From: Tubiluchus corallicola
Taxonomy: Eukaryota; Animalia; Priapulida
DNA length: 64,000 nucleotides
Reading direction: 5' to 3'
Assembly: GCA_030141605.1 (NCBI GenBank)
Contig: JAQGDQ010000114.1
Coordinates: 248,001 to 312,000, forward strand
Every line of letters begins with the position of its first letter. The stretch's first letter is position 1. The position numbers and the translations under genes were made by a program. The notes under the pieces are model-generated. The model did no database searches, had not been told where the DNA came from, and saw only the letters and a program-made list of their open reading frames with translations. Of the stretch, positions 1-12,927 are shown in pieces.

Positions 1-2055
1 AAAGTGCAATCAGATTATCTGCTGATTAGAAATTAATTGTGACTGTCATGTTGTTTAGTTTAGTTTAGCTTAGCTTAGACTGTTGTTGTCCTGCGCGAGC
101 TGTTGTCCCGAATGCTGATGAGTGTGCTTACGTTGAAATGCTTTATGTGCTTTAGTTTGGTTAACATTATCATTTACGTTTAAAAAATCAAGTAACTTTA
201 CGAAGTTTTTGTTGATGCTCAGTATTCTTTACCAAAGGATTCTTTACCAGGAAAACTGACCTCTCAAAATCGTAAGCCCATGCGGTCATGCCAACTGATG
301 CATTTCTGTTTGGCCTCCTATCTGTTCTGGCCTGCTTATAACACCTAAGCTGTGGGACAATTTCGGCACAAAATTACATGTAGGTGCATGTTATTCACTA
401 TCGAAAATGTTTAAAAACTTCTCTAAATCTCAGAATCTGAATCACTGGTTAGCAGTTGCGCCATTATTGTCTGTTGGTAAAAAAATAACTGAAAAAAAGA
501 AATTATTAAGCAATAAAGTTAATTAGCAAAGGTTCAATGTGACTCTAGATTTCTCGTTCATAGTTATACTATTATAGTCCTTTTGTGAATCATTTCTTTT
601 CGATTACTATATTAATTTAACATGCTATTTAACATCTAGTTAACACTCTATTACGAACTATACTCTCACAATCACCATCTTGATATATCCATGAAATCTT
701 GATATATAACCACGAAAATAGCTGAACCGTTTTGCTGATGACTACTCACCTTAAAAACATTTCAGAGCGCTCATTCGACACAACCTGTTTATCGTCATGT
801 TCTGCCTTACTCATCAATTACTGGATAAACGTTTTATAGGTAAATTAACACTGTCTAACAGAAATATAGATTTTCCGTTAGTCATATGGTCTGGACAGTT
901 TGCGTGGTTACTCATCGCGGGCTCCAAGAATCCGCTACATTAATCCACCATCCATCAAACACAGCTTCATACATGGCTGACACTTGATGGCGTTATTTTG
1001 TGGCTGTTGCAACGGTTGAAAGCTCTTATCTATTGTGATTTCTCGGAATTAACATGTTGCTGGAAACGCTTATTGTCCAAGAGCAATGTATACACGAGCA
1101 CTATAAAGAACGTAAGTGGCGTTGTTTCTAAAAGGGATATCTCTTAGAAATAATGAAATTTTAATGCATAGCGATCGATCCATTAAACTGCACTCTAATG
1201 AAATGCATTATTCGTGTAACAATTATTAAGGAGCTGTTTATATGGCAGTAAAAGTAGTTAAGTTATAGCTGCAGCAAACAAAATTTCTAGAAATTGAGTC
1301 ATTTGCTGCGTTTCCTGTATGACTTCCAAGACTCGCTGTTGTTGCTCTTCTCTGTGCTAAGTCGTTGTCTCAGATCGCATTTATTTCACTTACTTACAGG
1401 GATTTCTACTTATATAACTGACTGGTGGAAGTGTACTTATAAGATTTGAGTTATCGAATTATGAGTTAGACTTACAGCAAAAATAATTAATATTACAATT
1501 ACTATTAACTCCATTACTGAGATTTTCACACTTTTTGCTTGTGTCTTGGCGTTTAAATTTACATAGATTATTGCCCAAAATCTCAGATTCGGAAGCATGA
1601 TAGGATCTTATTAAATTACTATATAGTTTTTCTTCAAAACTAGTTCAGTGTGTGTTCCCTCTAGTCCTTGCCATCACTACCACGTGCTTATAACTGTCTG
1701 ATTCTTAGGGTTTAGGCCCACGAGACGCAGCTGTGGGGACCTAATGATTGTAACGAACCTTCTGCGGGTAGAATAACTCGGTTAGTTTGCTGGACGAGTC
1801 TCAGTGACGCGAACTTCTTCCTTGTGGAAGCCGTGTCATTGTCGTTATATTGATGGCAATGCGCTCGACGGCTACAAGCGAAGCGCTTTCGGAATTATTA
1901 GGAGTTCATTCCGTGGACAGTGTGTACGTATTTTATTGGCTTACGTATCTGTTATTAGACAAATTATACCGAGAAACAAGGTATTACCTCGGAATCCAAA
2001 AACGTATACGTTTCTCAATTTTAGTAGATTTTAAGTTGATGTCATACAGCTTAAT

Positions 2056-2118
2056 ATGGCGTGCAGGATAAATGTCAATACTTGCTATAGCTGGCTTGGT
2101 ACAAAGAAACGGAGAAAG
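2056..2118 (+). CDS. SYD-1/RhoGAP100F-like, putative coding exon 1 (MACRINVNTCYSWLGTKKRRK)
   Basis: ATG at 2056, 21 open codons ending AAG|gtgaga, phase 0, matching the next exon. Supported only by splice signal and phase. Confidence 0.6.
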
Positions 2119-3859
2119 GTGAGAAATTATTAGAACTTGATTAAAAGGTAGTTATCTGCTACTTCGCATATGATTATTAATTATACTAACTGCTATTTTT
2201 TACGCAGTTTGTAAGAAGCGTTTTATTGGTAACTGACCGTAAGATAAAGTAAGATATTTCGCTTAATGTCGATCATCTGCAAAAATAACATGACGTTAAA
2301 GCCATTTATCGGCTAAATTATAGCATATATGCTCTTCCTTTTGCAAAACGGAAAAATCTTACTGTGGTTTCTATAAAAAGTCTTATTCTGTGATCTGCAA
2401 ATTTATTCTTTTAATGCATTGTGATCTGCAAGTTTATTTTTTTAATGAATCAGGTTGCTAGGAGACAGTTTTACCGCAGCGTTTCTAGTACTTACTCGTT
2501 CCTGTACATTTGGCGCTAAGCCTTCGTCATACTAATAGTCTGTTATGGGCGTGTATGCTGAATGGGCATAAACGGACATAAAGACGAAAATTAATTACAA
2601 AATGCCGCCTTAAAATATATTAAATCTTTGTATTTGTACAACTTGTTGGCTGTGTAATTTTATAAACCACATTCAAGACAATTTGGTTGAGAAAGTACTA
2701 ACTTAATTTGACTGAGAAGTCATTAACTATGACGCGGTTAACTTCAAATTTCAATCTAAAATTACAATGATTGTAAATTTACTTGTATGTAAAAGCGCAG
2801 AACTTTTAAGCGTCCCCATTTACATTAACTATAATTACCGAATTATCACATAATGTGTGTACTACAGTTTATAATAAGCCACTGATATTCTTAGCCATAA
2901 AAATGATTTGTACCCTGGCTGTTACCATTCATATTGTACAATACGATACATTATCCTTGGTAAAAACGTGTACAGTAACTGTATTGATTACACAATCACT
3001 GGCGCTGTGTGTGCTAAATGTTTAGTTAGTATCGATTCCGAGGTTACATGTTGGTAATCCTGTTAAATGTGACCTTCTATTAATACAAGCATTGGTTGGC
3101 TTTTTAGCGGTAAGCTTGAACAAATTTATTGTCATGTATTCATTTTTGTTGAATTTATTTAAAGGATTAAGCATTTTTGCTCATTTGGATTAAAAAGTAC
3201 TATTAGCTGGAAAAAATTAAGTCATGCCTGTTTCTGCAGCAAATCATTTCGACATTAGTTTGCAAAACGCTCTTCAAGTAATTAATAATAATTATACTGA
3301 GTAATTAAAAATAAAATTGGTAATGTATTATACTATCACTGCAAAATTAAATGTTTGAAATTTCTTTTAGAAGATAATGAATTGTTCGCATACGCAGCAT
3401 GTGCTTATTAAAAATACTTTTTCCAGTAACTATTTAACAGTACCTTGTGGCCAATGCTAAACAGTCAATGTGCAATAATTCTTTTACATTTCTGAACACT
3501 GCAAGTCCAAATTCGATATTCCAATAACCCCCAAAGACGTGTTGCTGAAGTGACTGATGTGTCTCAGCCACAGTTGGGTGTCCATGCATATACTTTCTCC
3601 ATCTAATGAAACTTCATAGAGCGAGTATCGAACCCAGGCAGTCATGAGCCATTCTTACGAAACATGTGAAGACCTCTCATTTGTTAGCCCTGCCTAATTA
3701 CAGTGTGGGTAGAGATTGAATTGACTTTACACCAGCTAATCACACAGCACAAAATCCGTTTTATGGTATAAATTCCTTGTGCAAAGAGTTCAAAATATTA
3801 TATCTCCGTGAAACTTTTAGACCGCATTTTTAAATATTGTTGGTTTTTGTCAATTTCAG

Positions 3860-3961
3860 GACGAGCCAAGTGAGCAGATGGCACAGGATGGAGTGGCAGT
3901 TACAAGGAGGAAACAACCGGAACAGCCACCTCATCCTGGCAAGGATGCGGGAGTGGTTAAG
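3860..3961 (+). CDS. SYD-1/RhoGAP100F-like, exon 2
   Basis: Acceptor aatttcag|GAC, 34 open codons (DEPSEQ...AGVVK), donor AAG|gtaatt; GC-richer than flanks; phase 0/0. Confidence 0.75.
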
Positions 3962-4313
3962 GTAATTACGATATTCAGTGAAAAATACCTGATAATTTAT
4001 ATGCAAGAATGAAATCAAATACATGAAAAGTTCAAATTATTGGGTATTAGAGACTGTGTCATCAAGTGTTGCAATAATAGCATGGGAGATTGACATCATT
4101 GTTTTATGGTTCTCCTGAAAAATGATATCATGCCCTAACTAAGGACTTGTAGTCAGAACTTCATTATAACTGTAAGGGTTTATTAATTTGATTAATTCCT
4201 ACACAATCAATTAGCCTGTGGGGAGGGTATTTCCTGTTTTATACGTTTCCTTGCTGGCTGTCATCCAGAATTACTAAAAGACTTTATTTACTTCAACCTT
4301 ATTGCATTTTTAG

Positions 4314-5712
4314 GTTCAGCCAGATTTTCGGAGAGTGAGTGGCATCACAACAGAGATATTCAACCAGATCCAGCAAGTGGAGAATGAGAATGGTATTCCC
4401 ATGCTTAAGAAAAATGTGGAAATGACAATCCGCGTGCTCGACAGCGGTGCTAATGGAATACCAAAGAAAGTGGAAGGAACTGTAGGCGAAGATCATCTCG
4501 TTCAAAATGTGGAAATAATCAAACGTCCAGGCCAGACTCTTGGATTGTACATTCGGGAAGGAAATGGTTGGGACAGAACTGATGGGGTTTTCATTTCAAG
4601 AATGGCTCCAGGCAGTGTGGTAGAACAAAGTCACATTTTGCGTGTAGGTGATGAAATAGTGAGTGTTAATTCTGTTGATGTCACTCGTATGAGCCTAGAT
4701 GATGTAGTCATTATTATGTCAATACCCCGACGTTTGGTGCTAACTGTGCGTAGTCCTCGGACTACAAATGGCAAAAGATTGAGTTTACCAGGAACAGAAA
4801 CCGAAGAAGCTAGTGCACGCATTGTTCAGCAAAGGTCCAGCTCTTACTCAGCTATGCCAGCGACTGAGCAGGATGATGAGCTATATTACAATTCTCAGCC
4901 ACCACGTATAACACGTACCTTCCCCCAAGTAATTCATGGTTACAGTGAGGGTAGTAGTCCACGTAGTGAGGAGAGCGAGAGGTCTAGTGACCATTCGGAT
5001 TATTACATGACTGAACGCAGGGACTATCGCGCACATACCCATGCAACGGGTCCACGACATTTAGAACGCGCATACATATCTGCAAGCGGAAAATTAAAGC
5101 TTGCTCCTGCTCAACCATTAACTAGCACCAGAATGTTAAGGCCTGATGTACACAGGCCTCCACCTAGATATACTAGACATGAAAAACTTAGTCCTAAACA
5201 CAGGTTAGAACATGAACGAACATGGTCGCGTGAGAGGTATGATCGACATTCAGAATACTCTCACCCATCAGTTCGTGATCACTATCGACCAGATCGGCCT
5301 GCCCGTAGTGATATATATCGGCCGGTTTACATTGATCCTCATGCAGTACAGCAGTATCCTGATCAGCCAGAATGGTCTGGGTCTGGATATGTTTCTGATG
5401 GTGGTTATGTGGAACGACGACCTCAGATGCGGGTTAGGCGTACCTTATCACCAGAATGTGCCTCCGATTCAGAGGTGACTCATATCTACAGTACCAGAAC
5501 TCCTTTGGTACGTCGACAGCAACAGCGATACCAAGAGGATCTGGACAATCATAGTCGTAGCAATTCACTGCCAAGGATGAGTAGTAATGGAGAAGTTGCA
5601 GAGTTCAGGCATTGGCTGCAAAAGTTCGATGCCTTGTCCCATGAACTACAAGAATTGAATGGTGGCGAAGGAGATAAACCTATGTCTGAAAAACATGTGT
5701 CTCCAATCAAAG
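4314..5712 (+). CDS. syd-1: SYD-1/RhoGAP100F-like, exon 3 (PDZ domain plus disordered region)
   Basis: Acceptor ttttag|GTT; VQPDFRRVSGITTEIF resembles the SYD-1 N-terminal motif; PDZ (GQTLGLYIREG...GVFISR...LRVGDEIVSVN); donor G|gtaagt, phase 1. Confidence 0.92.
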
Positions 5713-5879
5713 GTAAGTAGACCAGTTGTTCATTGCAGTTTTTTATTATTATTATATCTCTCTTAGTCAGTCTCAAAAGTCATAACATTGCTTATTGTTT
5801 CTTTGTTGGAAAAATATTATTTATTTAAGAAATACTATTTCACATTGAGAAAAATAATGATACAATGTAATAAATACAT

Positions 5880-6223
5880 GGTTTAGGTCCGTTTCCCAGA
5901 AAAAGTGTATCACAAAAAACTTTTTGCAGAAAAACCATTTCCTGGAAACAATGACTTCCCAGAAAATTTTTTTGACAGAAAAATCACGGTTACATTTTCA
6001 ATTCTAAATTTGCTATTTTAGTAGGATAAAGCCTTTGATTTCTCTTTCTCTGTTTGCTTCTCCCTCTTTGCCACCATCCCTTCCTATTTCCTTTCTCCTC
6101 TATGTGTCTTTTTTCCTGTCTCACTGTATGTCTCTCCTTGTCCTCTCCATCTCCCTCTCATCATCATCATCATCATCTATCTCCCTTCCACTCCCTCCCT
6201 TTCCCCCACTCTCTCTCTCTCTC

Positions 6224-6303
<80 letters not shown>

Positions 6304-7398
6304 TCTCTCTCTCTGTGTCTGTCTGTTTCTTCCTCATTATCTCTCCCATTTGTCTTCTTCCATTCTCTCTCTGTCATTCTCTCCCCCTTTAGCTTTCCCT
6401 TCTCTCATTCCCTTTCCGCCCTCTTCTTTCCCCTCTGCCCCGTCTTTCTTCCTTCTTGTTCTTTCTCTGTCTTGTCTCTTTCTCTCCCTCTCTTTCAACC
6501 TTTCTCTCTCTCTCTCTTTCGCTTTCTCTGTCTCTCTCTTTCATTCTTTCTGTTTCTACTCACCTTTAGTAATCTAAAACACTGATTAATTACTATCAAA
6601 AATTCGTTTTATTTTGTTTCATTTAAAATGACGCATTATTTAAGCGGTCAATCTTGGTTTTTTAAATTTTGTTTTGGAAAAAATTTTGTTTTGAAACCTC
6701 GTTGCTAGAATTTAAATTTGTTTTAGAGGGAAATTGCTTTCTGAAAATAATTTGCATTGTATCATTTGCTGCATATAATTACTTCAAATTCAGTTAATGT
6801 TCATAGGATTTTGAAATAAAGGTTAATAAATAATAATTATAAGAAATGAAAACACCAAAAAACCAAGGCTTTGCACACCACACAATTTGTTAATATCAGC
6901 ATTTGCCCAATAAATTATGCTCCTTCAGAAAATTTTTTACAGGTTCTTTTATGGCAGGACAAGATTCTAGTTCATTATCAAGATAATACTTTGAGATGAA
7001 ATGTTGAATTTGCAGATATTTCACAGTCACGTTCGGATACATGTACATCTTCTCTAAACTCCGAGAAACGAACGAAATACAGTAAGAGTAAGAGTAACAG
7101 TAAGAGTAAGGCACTGGTTAACTTTGGTAGCAATTACACGCCGTGATTACTCAATATATGTGTATATGGAAAGGTCAATGTGATTCGCTACCTAGTCATT
7201 CTGACGGTGCAAATCTACTTTTTGTCTTAACGAGTGACCATTTTTTGTTATGTGATGCCTATTAATCAATACACGTAGCCCAAATAAATCTATTTTTTAT
7301 TGCGCTCTATCAAAAACGATTTTTTACATTTTCTGTGAATTTTTTTCTGGGAAGTAAATTTTCGGGCAAAAAACTTTTCTGTGAAACGAGTCTACCTC
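5880..7398. mobile_element. Degenerate MULE-like/foldback non-autonomous element enclosing a CT-rich tract
   Basis: Left end GGTTTAGGTCCGTTTCCCAGAAAAAG and right end CTTTTCTGTGAAACGAGTCTACCTC are imperfect inverted repeats with repeated CAGAAAA/TTTTCTG units; flanks only partly duplicated. Confidence 0.45.
6040..6560. repeat. (CT)n microsatellite within a polypyrimidine low-complexity tract
   Basis: Near-pure (CT)n about 6209-6313 inside roughly 500 bp of C/T-rich sequence. Confidence 0.95.
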
Positions 7399-9104
7399 TA
7401 AATGTACAAATGTTTGCAATACACAAATGATCACGTTTGTGTGTTTATAATATGTCATTTTAGGTCAATTGAGAAAGAGTAGTGAGGGTGTACATTATAT
7501 ATCATAGTTCAGATAAGTCATAATCAAACATTGCATTGCTGCTTTACCTAGAGAAACATTCTTTGATCTAATCTCAGAAAAGTACTGCAACAAAGTTGCA
7601 TAGCAGCATGTCAAATATTTAGTCCCATACTGCTCGCTCTTGTCACGTCGAATTGGGGTTTTGCAATCATTTTAGTTTATAATTAGTTTCAGAATGGTCT
7701 TCTAAAAGTATACGCCTATTCAGATTTTACTTCAGTACATATGTTATTGGGTTTAGACCCTATCATGATAGTGTATAAAAGTTTGGAAGTAGGAAACTTT
7801 AATGCAACAATACAAATTTTACAATGCATGCATACTCTCATGATGGCACTCAAAATACGGCCGGTGGAGGTATTACATGAGAAATAACTAATTAACATGT
7901 GACTTTACTTTAATAATTGTATTTTGTAAAAGAACTAATCGTCATTGAAATGTTGCTTTTCATAAGAATCTGCCAGACTGTATGTGTGAACCAGCGCCTT
8001 TTGAAGGTTGTTTGACGATTGTGCTAATAAAAGTGCAAAAAAAAATACGTGTTGTCTAAATGGACTTTAGTCCAACTTTGGCTGGAGTCTGTATTACGGT
8101 CTCACCAAATATTTTCGCGATTTCCCGGAAAACTGCAAGCGTGAAACAAAAGACTGAAAGAACATACTTTATTGATCATATATATGCACACACGTGAAAC
8201 CCAGGAGGAGATTCGTCGGCATCGTGTCGCCTGATTTGAAAGCAGATAATTTGTTGCGCTTAGAGTATAGATTTAGGATTATGCGTCTGCGACCTTTAAC
8301 ATACATACATAAGATGACGAATCGATTTTATAATAATTAATACGGCGACGTATAATGCCGTGAATGTTTCTGACAGCACTTAGTTGGCAGTGGTTCAAAT
8401 ATTCACAAACAGTAAATGTTTTTTATTGCGTTAATTGCAACAAAATGAAGCTAGTTACCATGCAATGAAACTGACGGTCATAGCTACCTTAAGATTAAGC
8501 AAATATCGTTTTGGCACTGAAAGTTAAGCAACGAACTTACAGCATGTGCATAATATTTTGTACAATGTCACCTAAAGTATTGTGCTTCACAAACTCGAGT
8601 TTGCTAGAAAAGACGCTGACAAAGCCCAACAACGCTTTAATCGCTGAGGTAATCCCGGAAACGTTATATACACCATTTCAGTCGTACAAATAGAACTCAT
8701 TGTTTTTTAAAACTTTCTCGGTTTTGCAAAAAGTTCAGGAAGGTTGGTCATGCATTCAGTGTACATGTCTCACGTACGATTTTTGTTGATAACGGCAGTT
8801 GAGCGACTATATTTGGTAGCATGGCAACATCCTCTGCGCCATCTTTAGTTCAAGTCTGCAACTGAACGAATGGCTGTTTGCGCATCATTTGATGCCCAAT
8901 AAGCGGGTATGTCGAAATTTCATGTTGTACTTGCACGCTTGCTTTGTAGCTGGGCTAAAAACAGTTACTATGTAAAAGTGATAACCCTACCTAGTACCTA
9001 ACTTTGTTTTCATTTCATAGGTGGCTCAATAACATTATCATATCAATTTCAGCGCTCTTACCCAAGGACAATTTCTCTTTCACAAACACGTGCAACTCGC
9101 TCAC

Positions 9105-9605
9105 GGAATATTTTTGTTGTTGAAAATTATGTTAGTTTGTGATGTCATCAGTAGTTGGGCTCGCCGCCGTTAATTAAGTTTTTAATCTATTATTTAATTA
9201 TCAGAAACGATTTTGCCCTATTAATTGTGTTAAAATGTATACTTTTTATCAGACTTGAAAATTGGGTAGTACCTGAAAAACGATCCATTAATATTAACAG
9301 CAAATCATTTAGTAAGACTTAGCAATTCATATTAAAGCAAAACCGGACCGAATGTTAAACTGTAAAAAAACATATTATTTAAAATATTGAAAGGAAACAG
9401 TTTTTAAGAATTAATGAGTTACGTGAAAGAATTATGGAATATTTTTGTTGTTGAAAATTATGTTAGTTTGTGATGTCATCAATAGTTGGGTTCGCCGCCG
9501 TTAATTAAGTTTTTAGTCTATTATTTAATTATCATGAACGCTTTTGCAGTATTAATTGTGTTAAAATGTATACTTTTTAAAATGGGACTTGAAAATGGGT
9601 TAGTA
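9105..9605. repeat. Direct repeat of about 170 bp, two copies starting at 9105 and 9436
   Basis: Both start GGAATATTTTTGTTGTTGAAAATTATGTTAGTTTGTGATGTCATCA and stay similar to ...GACTTGAAAA; period 331 bp. Confidence 0.85.
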
Positions 9606-9717
9606 TATGAAAAATCGTTTTCCTTTAACAGACTTTACTTGAAACAGCATGCACAACCTCAGGTGGACTGCATGTGTGCCTATACTGTAACGCTGAACAT
9701 GTAGACTTAATCGACAG

Positions 9718-9797
9718 TAGTGGTGGTGGTGGTGGCGGCGGCAGCGGCAGGTCGGCAGCGGCAGGTCGGCAGCAGCAGCAACAGTAGTAGTAGCAAT
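9718..9797. repeat. GC-rich mixed triplet tract (GGT/GGC/GCA/GTA)
   Basis: Direct reading; includes two copies of GGCAGCGGCAGGTC. Confidence 0.8.
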
Positions 9798-10719
9798 ATT
9801 AATAACAAATGTTTGTTGACTTAGTGGCGTATTTATGTTACACGCACATGCGCGGGGTAAACAAGCGACTACCTGCAACAAAAGTATTAATGGTGGTGGT
9901 ACGCTGAACTTACACAATTATAATACACGTATTCTTTCGCACAAAAATTCATTAATTTGTTTTATCGGCGTTTCTTTTACTCAAACTCTGTAATTATGAC
10001 GATGCTTGATTTACGTAAGCGTTTCTTCGTATTTTTGAAAACATTTTACTTATCTAAAATGAGTATACGTGTCATTATTAGTTACATGAAGCCATGTACC
10101 GTGGTAGTCCCTTATTCATTTATTTTCCAATCAATAATATTGCGCAGAGAGCCCTGCGTGGAGGAAAATCCCCTTGAAATGACACTACAGCGTTGTTATC
10201 TGTTACTTTGTGAAGAGTAAAATTAGTCTTGCAGTAGAGTTTTTCAAAATTGAGCAGGTTTTTAACTTGCTTGGCTTCGATACTTGTCTGTCTGCGTCAA
10301 TACAATAAATTTCTCTGTATAAATAGGACATTGATTCTTTATAAAGACTTTGAACGGGCAATATATTTTCACAAAAGTTGCTGTGCCCAGAGTTTACTAT
10401 TTTCTTAGAATTTTATTGAAATTTGCAAAACATAGAAATTTATACTTCCGCGCTTACTCGTTTATTAATCCTCCCGGGTTACAAGCATCATACGTTACCT
10501 TCTCCAAGATCCTTGCTCACTCTACTCTAAGCCCTCCCCGGAAAACTAAATTCAGGTTTCGTTATCTGCTTGCGTAAATGTCAGCATCAAAACCGGCATG
10601 CATTCAGTTTTACGAATAAATGCCGGGCGGAGAGTACCAGTGAAATTTTCGAGAGTTATCCCCAAAAAATTGACCCTAATGGGAAGAAAATAAAGAAAAC
10701 TCTCCGTTCTCTTTTATAG

Positions 10720-10827
10720 ACTGTAGTTCCTCCATGTATAAGCCTACCACATCTTATCGTGATCCGATCGCTCATTACGAAACCTTAGCACTTTTAAGAA
10801 GTGTGTGCACTGTATAGCAACAACAAC
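10720..10827 (+). other. Candidate alternative cassette exon of the SYD-1 gene (108 nt, in-frame TAG)
   Basis: Acceptor ttctcttttatag, donor AAC|gtaagt; length is a multiple of 3 and phase 1/1 like the flanking exons; TAG at 10815-10817. Confidence 0.45.
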
Positions 10828-11099
10828 GTAAGTACTAATTACCGCACTTACCGGTGGTGCAAAAATTCAACTGAAACTGTTAATGTGCAACAGTATTATA
10901 TAAATCGCTAACTTAGTGAAAATAGCTTAGGTTATTTCGTGAATGTGCTTAATAATCTTAATAATACATCGCATTTTTAGCTGCTGAAAAATGCCGATCC
11001 AAACAAATAAGAGCGTTACTAGCTAATACCCATTTATTTTGCGAATTTTTAAGCGTTAGGTCAGTTTCACGAAGAAGACAGCGGATCTTTAAAAGGTAA

Positions 11100-11170
11100 T
11101 CCACTACCAGGATTTGAACCCAGAACCAAGTGATTGCATAAGTCGCAAGGTTTGACCCAATATAGCGCTG
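11100..11170 (-). mobile_element. Possible tRNA-derived SINE head
   Basis: Minus strand has B-box GGTTCAAATCC, but no convincing cloverleaf. Confidence 0.3.
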
Positions 11171-12927
11171 TAGGTTTGATTAATTAAAAATGGCTGTTGA
11201 TTAGTGAGCACGAAGAAGAATGGTCTTCTACAACCCTTTAGTAAGTCATTTGTAGTAGGAAAAAGTTCAGATTTCATTGAACTATCAAAAACAGCGTGAC
11301 AGCCATGTAAAAAGTAATTGTGAGTTCCGCGGTAACAATATTACTTCATGAATTCGAAGAGGTACAAAATAGCTATGCAGTGAGCAAATTCAGAGTGGAT
11401 GAATAATTTTAGTCAGAAGTTAATAGATTATATTTCATGAAAATTTAATGACGAAAAAGCATCGGTAAATGCGGTCGCTTTTAAAGGCATGGGTTCAACT
11501 TTGAAGCTCATTTCCTCTCATTCAGCTTTGGATATCTTTGTGCATCATCTATTCCATCCTCCTTGATTTCCGTTTCATCATAGACACAGACACAGTATTA
11601 GCGCTCCAGCAGCACGGAGTTGACGCCATACATGTTTGACTTGGAAGCCTTGAACATGCTCACTTAATTACGTAGACGGAGTAAATCACTTTGATAGATG
11701 GTCAGACATGCAGAATTGATCGCGGTACTTAGTGTTCAGGCGTAGTAACTGTGCCGTGCTTATGAACCAATTTGAACATTTTTCATCTAATCGAAGAGTC
11801 TGCTGCCCCAAGTTATCATGCATAGATCGAATATTGCAGTAATAGCATTGCTGGTTCGTATGTTTTTCATGCCCCCCAAACATATTTAGCTAAAGCGTTT
11901 ACCCACGAAGTTCTCTTGGCTTCAGGTGGATAAACTGGTAAATAGCTAGAGATAAATAATGGACACAAGGGGAAATATAAAAATACTTCCAATAAGACCT
12001 TTTGCGTGGTTATCATACATCTGTCAGCAGATGGCCAGTACCGAAATCCGTAGCGGGGGAGTATAGGTGCGCTTGCTTGACGACTTAATTAAGGACCTGA
12101 ATGTAGAAAAATGTAGGTACATGTAAACTATTAATTTATTATAAGTTTACAGTCTGCTCTTCACCTGCAAAGAGCTTGTTTGCTAATTAATAAATAGGCG
12201 GTCCGAATTTTAAATTTGCTGAATTCGTGTTGTTTTCAAGAAGTGATGCTTGAAATAATTCGCAGCTTTACTTGTAACTGTTTCTTGTAGTGTCCGAAAA
12301 CTGACAGAAGTTTATATACATCTTGCTTACAAAATGTTTGAGTGCTGGGATTCATTGACTGTCTATTGGAGATCGCTTATTGGTCAGTACATGCAACCAC
12401 TTTCATGGCGCCTACTATGGCTTGATTTAAGAGTGGTCAATAAGTGATCTCCAATATATTATCAATGAATTTCAGCATAAAAAAATTTTGTACACTAGAT
12501 GTAATATGAGTCTCTGACAGTTCCCGCAGTAAATGAAGAGCTGTATCTCTTCCTAAAACGAATAAGTAGTGGGCTGTGTCGTCTGTCCTTCACAAGGTTG
12601 TTGGATAGAACTTAACTATAAATACAGTTTTTCTTGAATTGTTCCAGTTAAAAACACTAGTTCGAGGTATGAGCATATAATGCTAACTGGTTCTAAACAT
12701 CCGACAACAGTATGGTGTGCGCAATGTGCGACAACGCATTGTGACATTCACAGCTTGTCTAACAAAAAACTGAACGCCTACAGACTTATAAGACTACCCA
12801 CTTTTTGCTGTTCGAGCAATGATTGTCTACGCTGTCAGTTTTATTATATATCAGTCACGTATGGCAATACTAGCATTAGCAATCTTTACGTCCGTAAACT
12901 TTGAATTTATTAAAGTTTGTTTTTTAG

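Noticed and set aside
100-145. Hammerhead-like CTGATGA...GAAA
   Set aside because: Stem II is weak and stems I and III cannot be formed convincingly.
1789-1815. Hammerhead-like CTGGACGAGTCTCAGTGACGCGAA
   Set aside because: Core motifs are broken (no CUGANGA, no GAAA).
6035-6577. ORFs rich in SL/ER repeats
   Set aside because: Translations of the CT microsatellite.
11100-11170. tRNA gene
   Set aside because: Only a B-box-like motif; no cloverleaf or terminator.
12819-12927. Hydrophobic N-terminus of the 404-aa ORF (signal/TM-like)
   Set aside because: Lies upstream of a good acceptor in the phase required by exon 3, so most likely intron.
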